Assembly (NCBI GenBank): GCA_903885445.1
Contig: CAISIO010000020.1
Span: 55-64,054 of the forward strand
Source of the DNA: Candidatus Staskawiczbacteria bacterium
Lineage (GTDB): Bacteria > Patescibacteriota > Minisyncoccia > Minisyncoccales > Staskawiczbacteraceae
Reading direction: 5' to 3'
DNA length: 64,000 nt
Below, one piece after another: positions 9,910-18,365 of this stretch. Position 1 is the stretch's first letter. Each line of letters begins with the position of its first letter. A program made the translations under genes and the position numbers. The notes beneath the pieces were generated by a model. That model had not been told where the DNA came from and ran no database searches. It saw only the letters and a list, made by a program, of their open reading frames with translations.

Positions 9910-11598
9910 ATGAAAGAAGGGCCGGAAAATAATCATCCAAGCGAAGAGTCGGCGCCGGAAGCCGCGCCTTTAACGTATGTTCCCTTTGATGCAGGAGAGG
10001 AATTGAAAAATATTAAAAATTTACCGCCGGAGAGAGAAGATTCTCCCGAAATAATGAAAAGAGCCGTGAGGAGAGACCAAGTGTCGGATTTTAAAGATAA
10101 TTTGATGCGGCAGAAGGAAGGAATAGGCAAGACAATTGGAGATTTGCGCGCCATGGTTGAGTCTGTTCCTGACGCGTCACAGGAAGCTTTAATGCGAAAA
10201 GTTTTTGAGGTAGCTCCCGGGTACAGGTTTACGCAACAACAGGAAGGTATTTTTAAAAATGGGGTTGAGCAGTATTGCCAAAAACATCTGGCGGTGGAAA
10301 AATATAGGGAAATGTACCCGGATGACAATGACTTGTTTGAGGCGTGTTTTGGCAGAAAACCAAAAGGTAAGCTTGAGGTTGTAAAAGGACCCATGACCTT
10401 ATGTTTTCGCTGTTTTTCTGAAAATGATTATGCTTTTGTGAGGCATTTTTATGCGCACGGAGGCGATGAAAAAAAATTTGAAGCAGAGTTTGCAAACGAC
10501 TCCAATGATTCCGGGGGTGTGGCTCTTCCAGATGTAAAGATTGAGGAGTTGGCGGGAACGATTACCGCCGAAAACGCAATGGAAACTAGGTCCGGTCAAA
10601 TAGTGGAAGTTGTTGAGAAAACAAAAGAAATTCACGGCAAGTCGTTGGAGCTTTTTTCAAGTTCTCAAAAAGGAGATGTGGATATTGAGGTGAAAGATGT
10701 TGGCAAATGGAGGCTGGCAATTAAGCCAGGTTACGATTCGGCAAGAATAATATTCTTAGACTTAAACGAGGATGGCAAACCCCCGGTTTTTGATGTAGAA
10801 ACAGTTGAGGCTACTGATGAAATGCAAAGAAAGGGAAGATATGAGGGAACCATTAAGGATGTTGATGGCGGAAACGAAATGGGAAAAATAATGGTCTCTC
10901 TGAAGGTTGGCGAAAAGCGTTATGGTCTCGTGGAAGTAAGCGAGGGGTTCATCAGAATTACAGACGACTCTCCAGATGGCATGATTGTTAAATACCATGC
11001 GAAAAAATTAGTTCAGGTGTCAAAGGAAGAGGTGTCTAAGAGTATAAGGACTCACGAAGACCAGCACCAGTTCAACAAACTATTTCAGCCCCTCGAATTG
11101 GGGCAGGCATTACGTATAAAAGCAAGGGCCACAGTTGCGAAAGCAAAAACCATAGAGGATGCAACGTCAAAAATAACACATGATTTTGTAAGATTGGAAA
11201 GGCGGGAAATGGGTTTTGATTCCTGCGCGAGGGATGAAATCCTTGCTCATTATAAAGGAGGGAGGGAAACGGGCGAGATTTTTGATAATCTTACAAAGTT
11301 AAAAATTTATAATTATGCGGACCAATTTAGGCCAGAAATTGATAAAATTCCAGCCCGAGCAACGGACATATTAAAAATGGTAGCTGAGGTTGATCATTTT
11401 CAGATTGGCGAGTTAGATGTCCGGCCCCATGTTGATGCGGTGTTTGGGAAGGAATATAAAACCGACCTTAAAAAATGGCTCGATTCGATTTCTAAGCTTG
11501 AACAAAAAGGATATACCAGAGACGAAATTGTTAATTTACTTTACCAGGAGCCGGTTAACTCCTGGCCAAACCTTGCCAGGAGGATTGGTAAAAAGTAA
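9910..11598 (+). CDS. Hypothetical 562-aa soluble protein with an HExxH motif
   Basis: The long ORF was trimmed to ATG 9910 because the track start at 9853 lies inside tRNA-Gly. HEDQH is encoded at 11053-11067. There is no signal peptide or TM segment, and no family is recognised. Confidence 0.7.
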   Translation: MKEGPENNHPSEESAPEAAPLTYVPFDAGEELKNIKNLPPEREDSPEIMKRAVRRDQVSDFKDNLMRQKEGIGKTIGDLRAMVESVPDASQEALMRKVFEVAPGYRFTQQQEGIFKNGVEQYCQKHLAVEKYREMYPDDNDLFEACFGRKPKGKLEVVKGPMTLCFRCFSENDYAFVRHFYAHGGDEKKFEAEFANDSNDSGGVALPDVKIEELAGTITAENAMETRSGQIVEVVEKTKEIHGKSLELFSSSQKGDVDIEVKDVGKWRLAIKPGYDSARIIFLDLNEDGKPPVFDVETVEATDEMQRKGRYEGTIKDVDGGNEMGKIMVSLKVGEKRYGLVEVSEGFIRITDDSPDGMIVKYHAKKLVQVSKEEVSKSIRTHEDQHQFNKLFQPLELGQALRIKARATVAKAKTIEDATSKITHDFVRLERREMGFDSCARDEILAHYKGGRETGEIFDNLTKLKIYNYADQFRPEIDKIPARATDILKMVAEVDHFQIGELDVRPHVDAVFGKEYKTDLKKWLDSISKLEQKGYTRDEIVNLLYQEPVNSWPNLARRIGKK

Positions 11599-11634
11599 AA
11601 AAATCTGGTAGAATTATTGATTAAAAAATAAATT

Positions 11635-11706
11635 GCCGATGTAGCTCAGTGGTAGAGCAACGCTTTCGTAAAGCGTGGGTCGTCGGTTCAAATCCGACCA
11701 TCGGCT
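11635..11706 (+). tRNA. tRNA-Thr (anticodon CGT)
   Basis: Acceptor GCCGATG/CATCGGC, D-arm GCTC-AGTGGTA-GAGC, anticodon loop TTCGTAA, T-arm GTCGG-TTCAAAT-CCGAC. 72 nt. Confidence 0.9.
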
Positions 11707-11746
11707 CAAGGGGGATCATTCACAACCAACAGAGGAGGTAGGGCAA

Positions 11747-11935
11747 ATGATACCAGGGATTATACTGTTAGCTCTCGTCGGGGTTGCTTTGGCGCTTTTG
11801 GGCTTGTTCATGCTTCGCACTGCGTGGCATGAGGACAAGCACCCTTTGGCCAAGGCAATTGGTTACGCCTTCGGGTGTCTCTTTACGGTCGGGCCAGCGG
11901 TAGCGGCAGTTATGGTGGCACTGAAGTGCCTCTGA
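11747..11935 (+). CDS. Hypothetical 62-aa two-TM peptide
   Basis: GGAGG (11734-11738) lies 8 nt upstream of ATG 11747. Sequence: MIPGIILLALVGVALALLGLFMLRTAWHEDKHPLAKAIGYAFGCLFTVGPAVAAVMVALKCL. It is G+C-rich. The track start at 11675 lies inside tRNA-Thr and was rejected. Confidence 0.45.
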   Translation: MIPGIILLALVGVALALLGLFMLRTAWHEDKHPLAKAIGYAFGCLFTVGPAVAAVMVALKCL

Positions 11936-11959
11936 TTCTTCATGCTTTGCCTGAGTTGG

Positions 11960-11987
11960 AAAAAAATGGGGGACACGCACGTATCCC
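11960..11987 (-). terminator. Minus-strand intrinsic terminator-like hairpin
   Basis: The minus strand reads GGGATACGTGCGTGTCCC followed by CCATTTTTTT. On the plus strand the A-run precedes the hairpin, so the orientation is minus. Confidence 0.4.
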
Positions 11988-12006
11988 AACTTGGACAGGG
12001 CGCTTC

Positions 12007-12062
12007 AAGCGGCTCTAGACTTTTTAGACCTAAGGACAGGTTCTAGATTGTTTAGGCCGCTT
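12007..12062. other. Long composite hairpin
   Basis: Outer AAGCGGC/GCCGCTT, middle TCTAGA/TCTAGA and inner ACCT/AGGT pairings. It is followed by ATTTATTTGTTGTT and lies directly upstream of the 12075 promoter. Confidence 0.4.
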
Positions 12063-12074
12063 ATTTATTTGTTG

Positions 12075-12103
12075 TTGACATTGGTTTATTATTGTGCTAT
12101 CAT
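12075..12103 (+). promoter_or_regulatory. Near-consensus sigma70 promoter with extended -10
   Basis: TTGACA (12075-12080), 17 nt spacer, TGcTATCAT (12095-12103). Confidence 0.5.
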
Positions 12104-12109
12104 GATTAT

Positions 12110-12641
12110 ATTGTTGAAATTTTATCGGCTGTCTAGAAAATTGGTAATTATCGTTACATCTGTCTCACTAGCTAGTATGGCAAGAGAAGGAAATAATAAT
12201 TATCAGTTTTTTAGACAGCCGGCAGCTTTGGGCGGATAACCACTCAAAGTGGTTTGTCCCGCGTGGTGAGCGCCTGGCTCCTTGCTGGGAAGTTCCCGCG
12301 CAAAGGGTGCAGTGGACAACTTCCCTTGTTAGCGGACAAACTCGCCGGCTGTTTATTGTTCTTTGTGATCATTGCGCCTGCCAGCTTGGCGTGGCGCGCG
12401 GGCGACCTGAGATGCCCTGGAATCATTCGCGGAGTTCGTTATGATTTCAGGAAACACTCGGCCGCCCCGCTATTATGTGGGGCGATGCAGAGTTCGCCGC
12501 TTTGGTGAAGCATGTCGTGATAAAGTCCATGTAGCAGAAGATACTCATTGAGGGCTTGTACAAGTCCGTGAGCGAACTGCCTGGGCCGAACCACGAAACT
12601 ACTTTCACTATTGCGGGCGGACCTGTGTCGCCCTTTTTTTT
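12110..12641 (+). ncRNA. Candidate structured noncoding transcript (~530 nt), family unknown
   Basis: The region is bounded by the 12075 promoter and the 12615-12641 terminator. It is G+C-rich in an A+T-rich genome and has many short GC helices and alternative pairings. There is no convincing ORF. I could not find motifs of RNase P, tmRNA or SRP RNA. Confidence 0.3.
12615..12641 (+). terminator. Intrinsic terminator
   Basis: GGGCG (12615-12619) and CGCCC (12629-12633) form the stem, followed by T8. Confidence 0.65.
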
Positions 12642-12693
12642 GTTCCAAAAATTTGGTAAACTAACTAAAGAAAAACTAATTCCATTAAATGTA

Positions 12694-13765
12694 ATGGCAG
12701 AAAATAATCTGACAAAAGAATTGGAGGAAAGAGTCCGTCATTTAGTGGACTGTCTTTGACGTTGATGCAAAAGAGAAAAAATTAAAAGAACTAGAGAAAG
12801 AATCTTTAAAACCGGAGTTTTGGAATAACACGGAAAACGCCGCCAAGGTGCAACAGGAAATTTCGGAAATAAAAGAAGAAATTGGAAGCTTGGAAGGACT
12901 GAAAAAAGACTTGGAAGATTTGAAAGTTTTAGAAGACGCTAATCTTGCGAAAGAATTAGATGAGAAAATAAAAAAGCAGGAATTTAAAACTTTTTTGTCC
13001 GAGAAGTATGACAAGGGCAATGCGATTCTGGAAATATTTTCCGGAGCTGGCGGACAAGATTCGCAAGATTGGGCGACCATGCTTTTAAGAATGTACGAAA
13101 GATATTGCGCTTCAAAAGGATTTAAAACAGTAATTTTGCACCAGCAATTTGGCCAGGCGGGCGGACCGGAAGGCAGGATTGGTTTGAAATCTGCTACAAT
13201 GGAGATAGCCGGAAATTACGCTTACGGATTTTTGAAAAAGGAAGCCGGAGTGCATAGATTGGTCAGGATTTCTCCGTTTAACGCGCAAAAATTAAGGCAA
13301 ACTTCTTTTGCTTTGGTAAACATTTTGCCGGAAATCGGGCAAGATTCGGAAGTTGAAATAAGGCCGGAAGACTTGAGGGTTGATACTTTTAAAGCATCAG
13401 GACCGGGCGGACAATACGTGAACAAAACAGAATCGGCCATAAGAATTACACACATACCAACAGGGATTGTGGTTGCCTCGCAAACAGAAAGATTGCAGGG
13501 CAGGAACAAAGAAAATGCAATGAAAATTTTGCGCGCCAAACTTTCACAAATTCAGGCGGAAAACCGCGCTGATAAAATAAAAGAGTTGAAGGGCGAAGCG
13601 GTTTCTGCGAGTTGGGGCAACCAGATAAGGTCTTATGTTTTACATCCGTATAAAATGGTGAAAGATTTGCGCACGCTTTATGAAACTTCTGACCCCGAAG
13701 CTGTTTTAAACGGAGAATTAGATAAATTCATCGAGGCAGAACTAAAATTATCAAACAATGATTAA
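12694..13765 (+). CDS. prfB: Peptide chain release factor 2, requires a programmed +1 frameshift (12694..12756 joined to 12758..13765)
   Basis: Frame 0 reads MAENNLTKELEERVRHLVDCL and then TGA. The +1 frame continues DVDAKEKKLKELEKESLKPEFWNN into the track ORF, which carries the RF2 SPF tripeptide (RISPFNA) and the GGQ motif (SGPGGQYVNKTESAIRITHIPTG). Confidence 0.92.
12754..12760 (+). promoter_or_regulatory. prfB autoregulatory +1 frameshift site CTT TGA C
   Basis: This is the exact canonical slippery/stop heptamer CUU UGA C. Only a weak SD-like GTGGA lies just upstream. Confidence 0.85.
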
Positions 13766-14438
13766 ATTTGATAACGTAACAAAAATTTATCAGCCCGGCA
13801 CTATTGTTTTGCAGAACATTTCTTTTGAGATAAAAGACGGAGAATTTGTTTCTATTGTTGGCAAATCCGGAGCGGGAAAAACGACCTTAGTGCATTTAAT
13901 CTTAGGTTTGGAAATTCCGACTTACGGCGAGATATATTTTGACGGTTTGAATTTGAATGATGCCAGTCCTGCTAAAATCCAAGAAATAAGAAGAAGAATT
14001 GGAGGTATTTATCAGGATTATAAATTATTGCCCAAAAAAACTGTTTATGAAAATGTGGCATATATTTTGCAGGTGGAAGGAAAAAATAATGAGGAAATAA
14101 AAAGAGAAGTTCCAAAAGTTTTAGAGACGATTGGGCTGAAAGATAAAATAGATAATTTCCCAGACCAGCTTTCCGGCGGAGAACAGCAAAGACTGGCGGT
14201 TGCTAGAGCCCTTATAAATCATCCCGACACTATAATAGCCGACGAGCCAACCGGAAACCTGGACCCGTACAATAGCTACGAAGTTATTTCCCTTTTGCAG
14301 AAATTAAACCAAACCGGCAAAACGGTTATTTTATCAACGCACGACAGGGAAATAGTAAATAAACTGGGTAAAAGAGTCATTACTTTAGAGGGCGGAAAAA
14401 TATTAAGGGACGAAGCAGCGGGAAGATTTATTATTTAG
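13758..14438 (+). CDS. ftsE: Cell division ATP-binding protein FtsE
   Basis: ABC ATPase with GKSGAGKTT, LSGGEQQR and IIADEPTGNLD motifs, paired with ftsX. Confidence 0.9.
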   Translation: MIKFDNVTKIYQPGTIVLQNISFEIKDGEFVSIVGKSGAGKTTLVHLILGLEIPTYGEIYFDGLNLNDASPAKIQEIRRRIGGIYQDYKLLPKKTVYENVAYILQVEGKNNEEIKREVPKVLETIGLKDKIDNFPDQLSGGEQQRLAVARALINHPDTIIADEPTGNLDPYNSYEVISLLQKLNQTGKTVILSTHDREIVNKLGKRVITLEGGKILRDEAAGRFII

Positions 14439-14454
14439 AAGATAATTTCGAAAT

Positions 14455-15369
14455 ATGTTAACAAGCTTTAAAAGAATTCTAACTTTCGCGGTAAATGACT
14501 TTGGCAGGAATAAGGGAATATCAATTGCTTCGATTTTTGTTTTAACCGTTACAATTATGCTTGTTACCGGGCTTTTCTTCTTCCAGGGATTAACCGGCTA
14601 TTTAACTTCGCAAATACAGGATAAAATTGATGTTACCGCCTATTTTAAATCGGGAACAGCCGAACAGGATATTTTAAATGTTAAAGATGAAATTATAAAA
14701 ACAACTCCAAGTATAAAAAATGTTGAATATATCTCGCAAGACCAAGCTTTGGCAACCTTCAACGCAAACCACAAAGATAATCCTGTTTTAGCGAAAGCAT
14801 TGCAGGAAGTGGGCGATAATCCGTTTTTGCCGTCTTTAAATATCACAACCAGCGGCGACCCGTTGCAGTACGCGCAGATTGCAAACGTTTTGCAAACATC
14901 GGACTTCAGCAAATTGATTGAGAAGGTCGATTTTTCACAAAAAAAAGACACAATTGAAAAAGTTTATTCTATTACCACAAACATTAATATATTTGGGCTG
15001 ATATTCGGGGCAATTTTAATTCTTGTTGCTATTTTGGTTGTTTTTAACACTATAAAACTTGCCATTGAAAACTCTAAAGAAGAAATTAGCGCCATGAGGA
15101 TTGTTGGCGCCAGCAACTGGTTTATCCGCGGACCGTTTGTTATCCAGGGAATAATTTACGGAATTTTTGCGTTTATTATCTGTTTTCTGATTTCCGGCCT
15201 TTTCGCTTATTTTATGGCCTCAAAAATATCCGTTGTCCTCCCGGGATTTGATATGTTTGATTTTTTCTTAGCCAATTGGTGGATTTTCGTTTTAATCCAA
15301 TTAGGCTTTGGAATAGCCGTGGGCGCGGGTTCGGCCCTGATAGTTGTCAAAAAGCATTTAGAAGTGTAG
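14455..15369 (+). CDS. ftsX: Cell division permease FtsX
   Basis: N-terminal TM helix, large extracytoplasmic loop, then three C-terminal TM helices. It lies downstream of ftsE. Confidence 0.85.
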   Translation: MLTSFKRILTFAVNDFGRNKGISIASIFVLTVTIMLVTGLFFFQGLTGYLTSQIQDKIDVTAYFKSGTAEQDILNVKDEIIKTTPSIKNVEYISQDQALATFNANHKDNPVLAKALQEVGDNPFLPSLNITTSGDPLQYAQIANVLQTSDFSKLIEKVDFSQKKDTIEKVYSITTNINIFGLIFGAILILVAILVVFNTIKLAIENSKEEISAMRIVGASNWFIRGPFVIQGIIYGIFAFIICFLISGLFAYFMASKISVVLPGFDMFDFFLANWWIFVLIQLGFGIAVGAGSALIVVKKHLEV

Positions 15370-15387
15370 AATATAGACTATATATTT

Positions 15388-15461
15388 TGCGGGATCGTCT
15401 AATGGTAGGACATCGCCCTCTGGAGGCGAGTATCTTGGTTCGAGTCCAAGTCCCGCAGCCA
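15388..15461 (+). tRNA. tRNA-Gln (anticodon CTG), CCA encoded
   Basis: Acceptor TGCGGGA/TCCCGCA (U1:A72), D-arm GTCT-AATGGTA-GGAC, anticodon loop CTCTGGA, T-arm CTTGG-TTCGAGT-CCAAG, discriminator G then CCA. Confidence 0.85.
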
Positions 15462-15546
15462 TCACATGCTAAGTCAGGTGACTGAGACGCATGGTAAAAA
15501 AACGCATGGTTGCGACCCGCAGCTTTGCCCAAAAATTTAAGGTAAA

Positions 15547-15580
15547 ACAATCCCCTAAAGAGGGGATTTTGTGTTATAAT
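15547..15580 (+). terminator. Intrinsic terminator immediately followed by an extended -10 box
   Basis: AATCCCCT/AGGGGATT stem (15549-15568) with a T-run, then TGtTATAAT at 15572-15580, which probably drives the 539-aa gene. Confidence 0.5.
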
Positions 15581-15606
15581 TTAGAATATTTATCTACTAA
15601 AAGTAA

Positions 15607-17226
15607 ATGAAACTCTTAAGTAACGGAACCTACATAATGGAAGTTGATAGTAGGCTTTTAGAGCTGACTAGGAAAGAAAAGGAACTGAAAGTCTATGAGG
15701 AAGAATTTAGGACAGCATTAAAGGGTTATAAGCTCGATGAATTTTTGATTATCCTGGCAGAGATATCTGGTAAATTGTATGACCAAGACTTTGTAAGCAA
15801 TGATATTTGGAAAAAAGAAAAAATTGGTTGCATTATTCATATACCAAGCAAACAATTTATAACTGATTTTGCCATTGAATACATAGCTAATATTCTATTG
15901 ATTTCTGGTTCAAATAACTTTAAAAGTGAAAGTATAAGAAACAAAGATAACTTAGTAAGTACATTTAGTATTTATCACAATTCCATAGTTCATCCGCTCG
16001 CTAAAGTAAACAGCGCATCATCATTATTAGTACCAATGTTTTATCAACAGATAACGAGTCAACAAGATATTAAGCACACCTTCGTAAGACAGTGGTTAAT
16101 ATTTCAAAAATCGAATGAATTAGTTGATGAAAAAAAGATAGATTTAGATTCAATTTTACTCGAAAAGACCGGCATGACAGTTATCGAATATGTGAAATTA
16201 TGTTTCTTAATATTGGCAGCAATATTGACCAAAACCAGATTTAATTTCGGTACTTTTGAAAGGTCAACCATTAAAGGAATGGACGATGTGCTGAATACCA
16301 AAAAGATTTCGGCAATAATGAAACAATTAGCGATAACGAAAAAGGATTTTATTGAATTAGATAAAAAATATAATTCAAAATTAAAACCTGAATATACGAA
16401 AAGTAGATATAATCCGTTATGGGAAAAGCCGGTAATAATATTAGGAGAAAATGATTATATTGTACCGAGTACTAGTGCCTATGTTAAGGGGGCACTTAGG
16501 GGACTTTACTGGATATTTGAAAATTTAATAGGCCAAATATTTCGGACATACTTTGGAACTTTATTCGAGAATTACTGCGGGATGGTAATCAAGGATATCT
16601 TCGGCGAGGAGAACGTAAGACCAGCTATAAAATTTGGCAAAGATAATAAAGAATTTTTTGATTGGATAGTAAATGACAAAAATGAAATACTTTTGTTTGA
16701 GACTAAGGGATATCAATTTCCATTAAAAACACTACAAACGGGCGACGCCGAACTTATAAGAAAGGAAGTATTTAGTAAATTAGTAGAAACAATTAAGCAA
16801 ACTTATAATCGTTGCCAAGATATACAAAACTATGAAGAATTAAAGGAGTTCAGAGACAAAAAAATAACTGTTGTAGCTGTATTTTATGACATACCTTTGG
16901 TGTCTACGAATTTATATGATCTAGATATTAAAGCTGCATTGATCGGTCTTGATGCTGTATATCCAGGTATTAAAAATTTTAAATATGTTTTTTTATCCAT
17001 CGAAGAATTAGAAAATTATTATTATGTAAAGGATTGCATTTCTATCGAAGGTTTGGTCAACAGGGTGAGAAACACGCCCGGATCTGGTGTCTTAGACCAA
17101 ACAAGCCAGGTTTTTAAAGAAAATAATTTATCAAATGAGCAGCGTGTATGTTTACTAGATAGAAAATTTAAAGATTTTTATGAAATTGAGTTGGGCATTC
17201 CATACTCAGAGAATGATAAGCCATAG
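15607..17226 (+). CDS. Hypothetical 539-aa protein with a C-terminal PD-(D/E)xK-like nuclease motif
   Basis: Long clean ORF in A+T-rich DNA. The segment FENYCGMVIKD...FFDWIVNDKNEILLFETKGYQF gives E ... D-x12-E-x-K on predicted strand-like stretches. There is no P-loop, TM segment or signal peptide. Confidence 0.75.
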   Translation: MKLLSNGTYIMEVDSRLLELTRKEKELKVYEEEFRTALKGYKLDEFLIILAEISGKLYDQDFVSNDIWKKEKIGCIIHIPSKQFITDFAIEYIANILLISGSNNFKSESIRNKDNLVSTFSIYHNSIVHPLAKVNSASSLLVPMFYQQITSQQDIKHTFVRQWLIFQKSNELVDEKKIDLDSILLEKTGMTVIEYVKLCFLILAAILTKTRFNFGTFERSTIKGMDDVLNTKKISAIMKQLAITKKDFIELDKKYNSKLKPEYTKSRYNPLWEKPVIILGENDYIVPSTSAYVKGALRGLYWIFENLIGQIFRTYFGTLFENYCGMVIKDIFGEENVRPAIKFGKDNKEFFDWIVNDKNEILLFETKGYQFPLKTLQTGDAELIRKEVFSKLVETIKQTYNRCQDIQNYEELKEFRDKKITVVAVFYDIPLVSTNLYDLDIKAALIGLDAVYPGIKNFKYVFLSIEELENYYYVKDCISIEGLVNRVRNTPGSGVLDQTSQVFKENNLSNEQRVCLLDRKFKDFYEIELGIPYSENDKP

Positions 17227-17358
17227 ATTTGTTATTAGTTTTAGAAACTATAAGCTACTCAAGAATAACTTTTTTGTCAACAGTGTCAAAAGTGGAAATA
17301 CTAAGATATAATTATTTTATAAAGTCATAAAAATTAATTATTCGAATGAAAGAAAAAC

Positions 17359-18198
17359 ATGAAAAGATATAGAATTTTTAACTTTGATTTTAATGCCCGA
17401 GCAAATATTCTAAATACAAAAATTGAAGATCATTGGGATGAAAAAGTTAAAGAACTGTGGGCAGAGAATAAAAAGTCTACGGAGGCTGATTTAGCAACAG
17501 AGTTTGGTTTGTATAATAAAGAAATAAAACTTAAAAATTTTAAAGATTTGGGATCAGCGCCACTTTCTATAATAGCATTTCATAACAAGTTTTTTAGACA
17601 AATAAGAAAAAGTTTTGTTATCGGGTCTTATTATCCTGCACTTACTGGATCTTGTGCCTTGGGTGAACGAATTTTAAACTATTTAATTTTAACTTTAAAA
17701 AATGATTTTAAGAAAACCCCAGAATATAAAAAAATATATGATAAAAAATCCTTTGATAATTGGGACGAAGCCATAAATATATTGGAATCGTGGAAAGTGT
17801 TATTGCCAGGTGTTGTATCTAAATTTAAGGACTTAAAGAATATAAGGAATAGAGAAGCAATTCATTTTAATATTGAAACAGAGGATAAAGACAGAGAAAC
17901 AGCATTAAGAGCTATTAATTTATTAGCGGAAATCATTGGCGGTCAGTTTGCTTTTTTAGGATTGCAACCATGGTTTATCGAGAATACTAAGGGAGAATTT
18001 TATATAAAGAAGGACTGGGAAGCTAATCCATTCATTAAAGCTGTTTATGTCCCTAATTGTGTTCTAGCCGGTCCATTTCACAAGGTTGAAACGGTTAGCG
18101 GTGGATTAGAAGTGGTTGATGATTTTAAGTATGAAAATGAAGAAATCAGCGATTCCGAATTTGTGAAGCTCAGGGAGAAATTTACTGGAAAAGGGTAG
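17359..18198 (+). CDS. Hypothetical 279-aa protein with a HEPN-like Rx4-6H motif
   Basis: Helical segment GSYYPALTGSCALGERILNYLI followed by LKNIRNREAIHF (R-x5-H with Asn after the Arg). A TATAAT box lies at 17307-17312. Confidence 0.75.
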   Translation: MKRYRIFNFDFNARANILNTKIEDHWDEKVKELWAENKKSTEADLATEFGLYNKEIKLKNFKDLGSAPLSIIAFHNKFFRQIRKSFVIGSYYPALTGSCALGERILNYLILTLKNDFKKTPEYKKIYDKKSFDNWDEAINILESWKVLLPGVVSKFKDLKNIRNREAIHFNIETEDKDRETALRAINLLAEIIGGQFAFLGLQPWFIENTKGEFYIKKDWEANPFIKAVYVPNCVLAGPFHKVETVSGGLEVVDDFKYENEEISDSEFVKLREKFTGKG

Positions 18199-18365
18199 GG
18201 GTTTGTGATAATATAAAATAGTTTGATAGACAGTTTTGGATTCCTTTTTATGGTGTCTATTGTGTCTATTGAGGCCCGACTAGGATGCGTCATTTAAAAA
18301 TCCCAAAAGAGCAAAATTTGCCCTCTAAGGATTTTGTTCGCAACTGAGTCAGTCAGCTGTAATTA

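Noticed and set aside
11675-11746. Upstream extension of the 86-aa track ORF
   Set aside because: It starts inside tRNA-Thr. The internal ATG at 11747 has a perfect GGAGG RBS.
12177-12239. tmRNA-like tag reading frame (…AREGNNNYQFFRQPAALGG-stop) in the G+C-rich region
   Set aside because: I could find no tRNA-like domain in either standard or permuted order: no GGGG… 5' acceptor strand, no T-arm GGTTCGA-type loop and no CCA-proximal acceptor. The tag also does not end in the usual (A/V)AA.
12110-12641. RNase P RNA or SRP RNA as the identity of the structured region
   Set aside because: Universal motifs are not present on either strand: GGAAAGTCC and ACAGAA..GGCTTA for RNase P, and GGAAG.AGC-type helix-8 loops for SRP. 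Only a partial AAAGTCC occurs at ~12522.
12244-12648. Two minus-strand ORFs that lie in one frame separated by a single TAA, a possible pseudogene with faint resemblance to the C-terminal region of IS200/RAYT-type transposases
   Set aside because: The resemblance is weak and based on memory of a loose pattern. The composition (Arg/Pro/His/Ser-rich) is what random G+C-rich DNA gives. This is left as an alternative to be tested by BLASTX.
12556-12693. 5' part of track ORF 12556..12759
   Set aside because: It runs through the 12615-12641 terminator. Only the last 21 codons (from ATG 12694) belong to prfB frame 0.
15276-15550. ORFs 15276..15485(+) and 15347..15550(-)
   Set aside because: They overlap the ftsX 3' end and tRNA-Gln, so they are artefacts.
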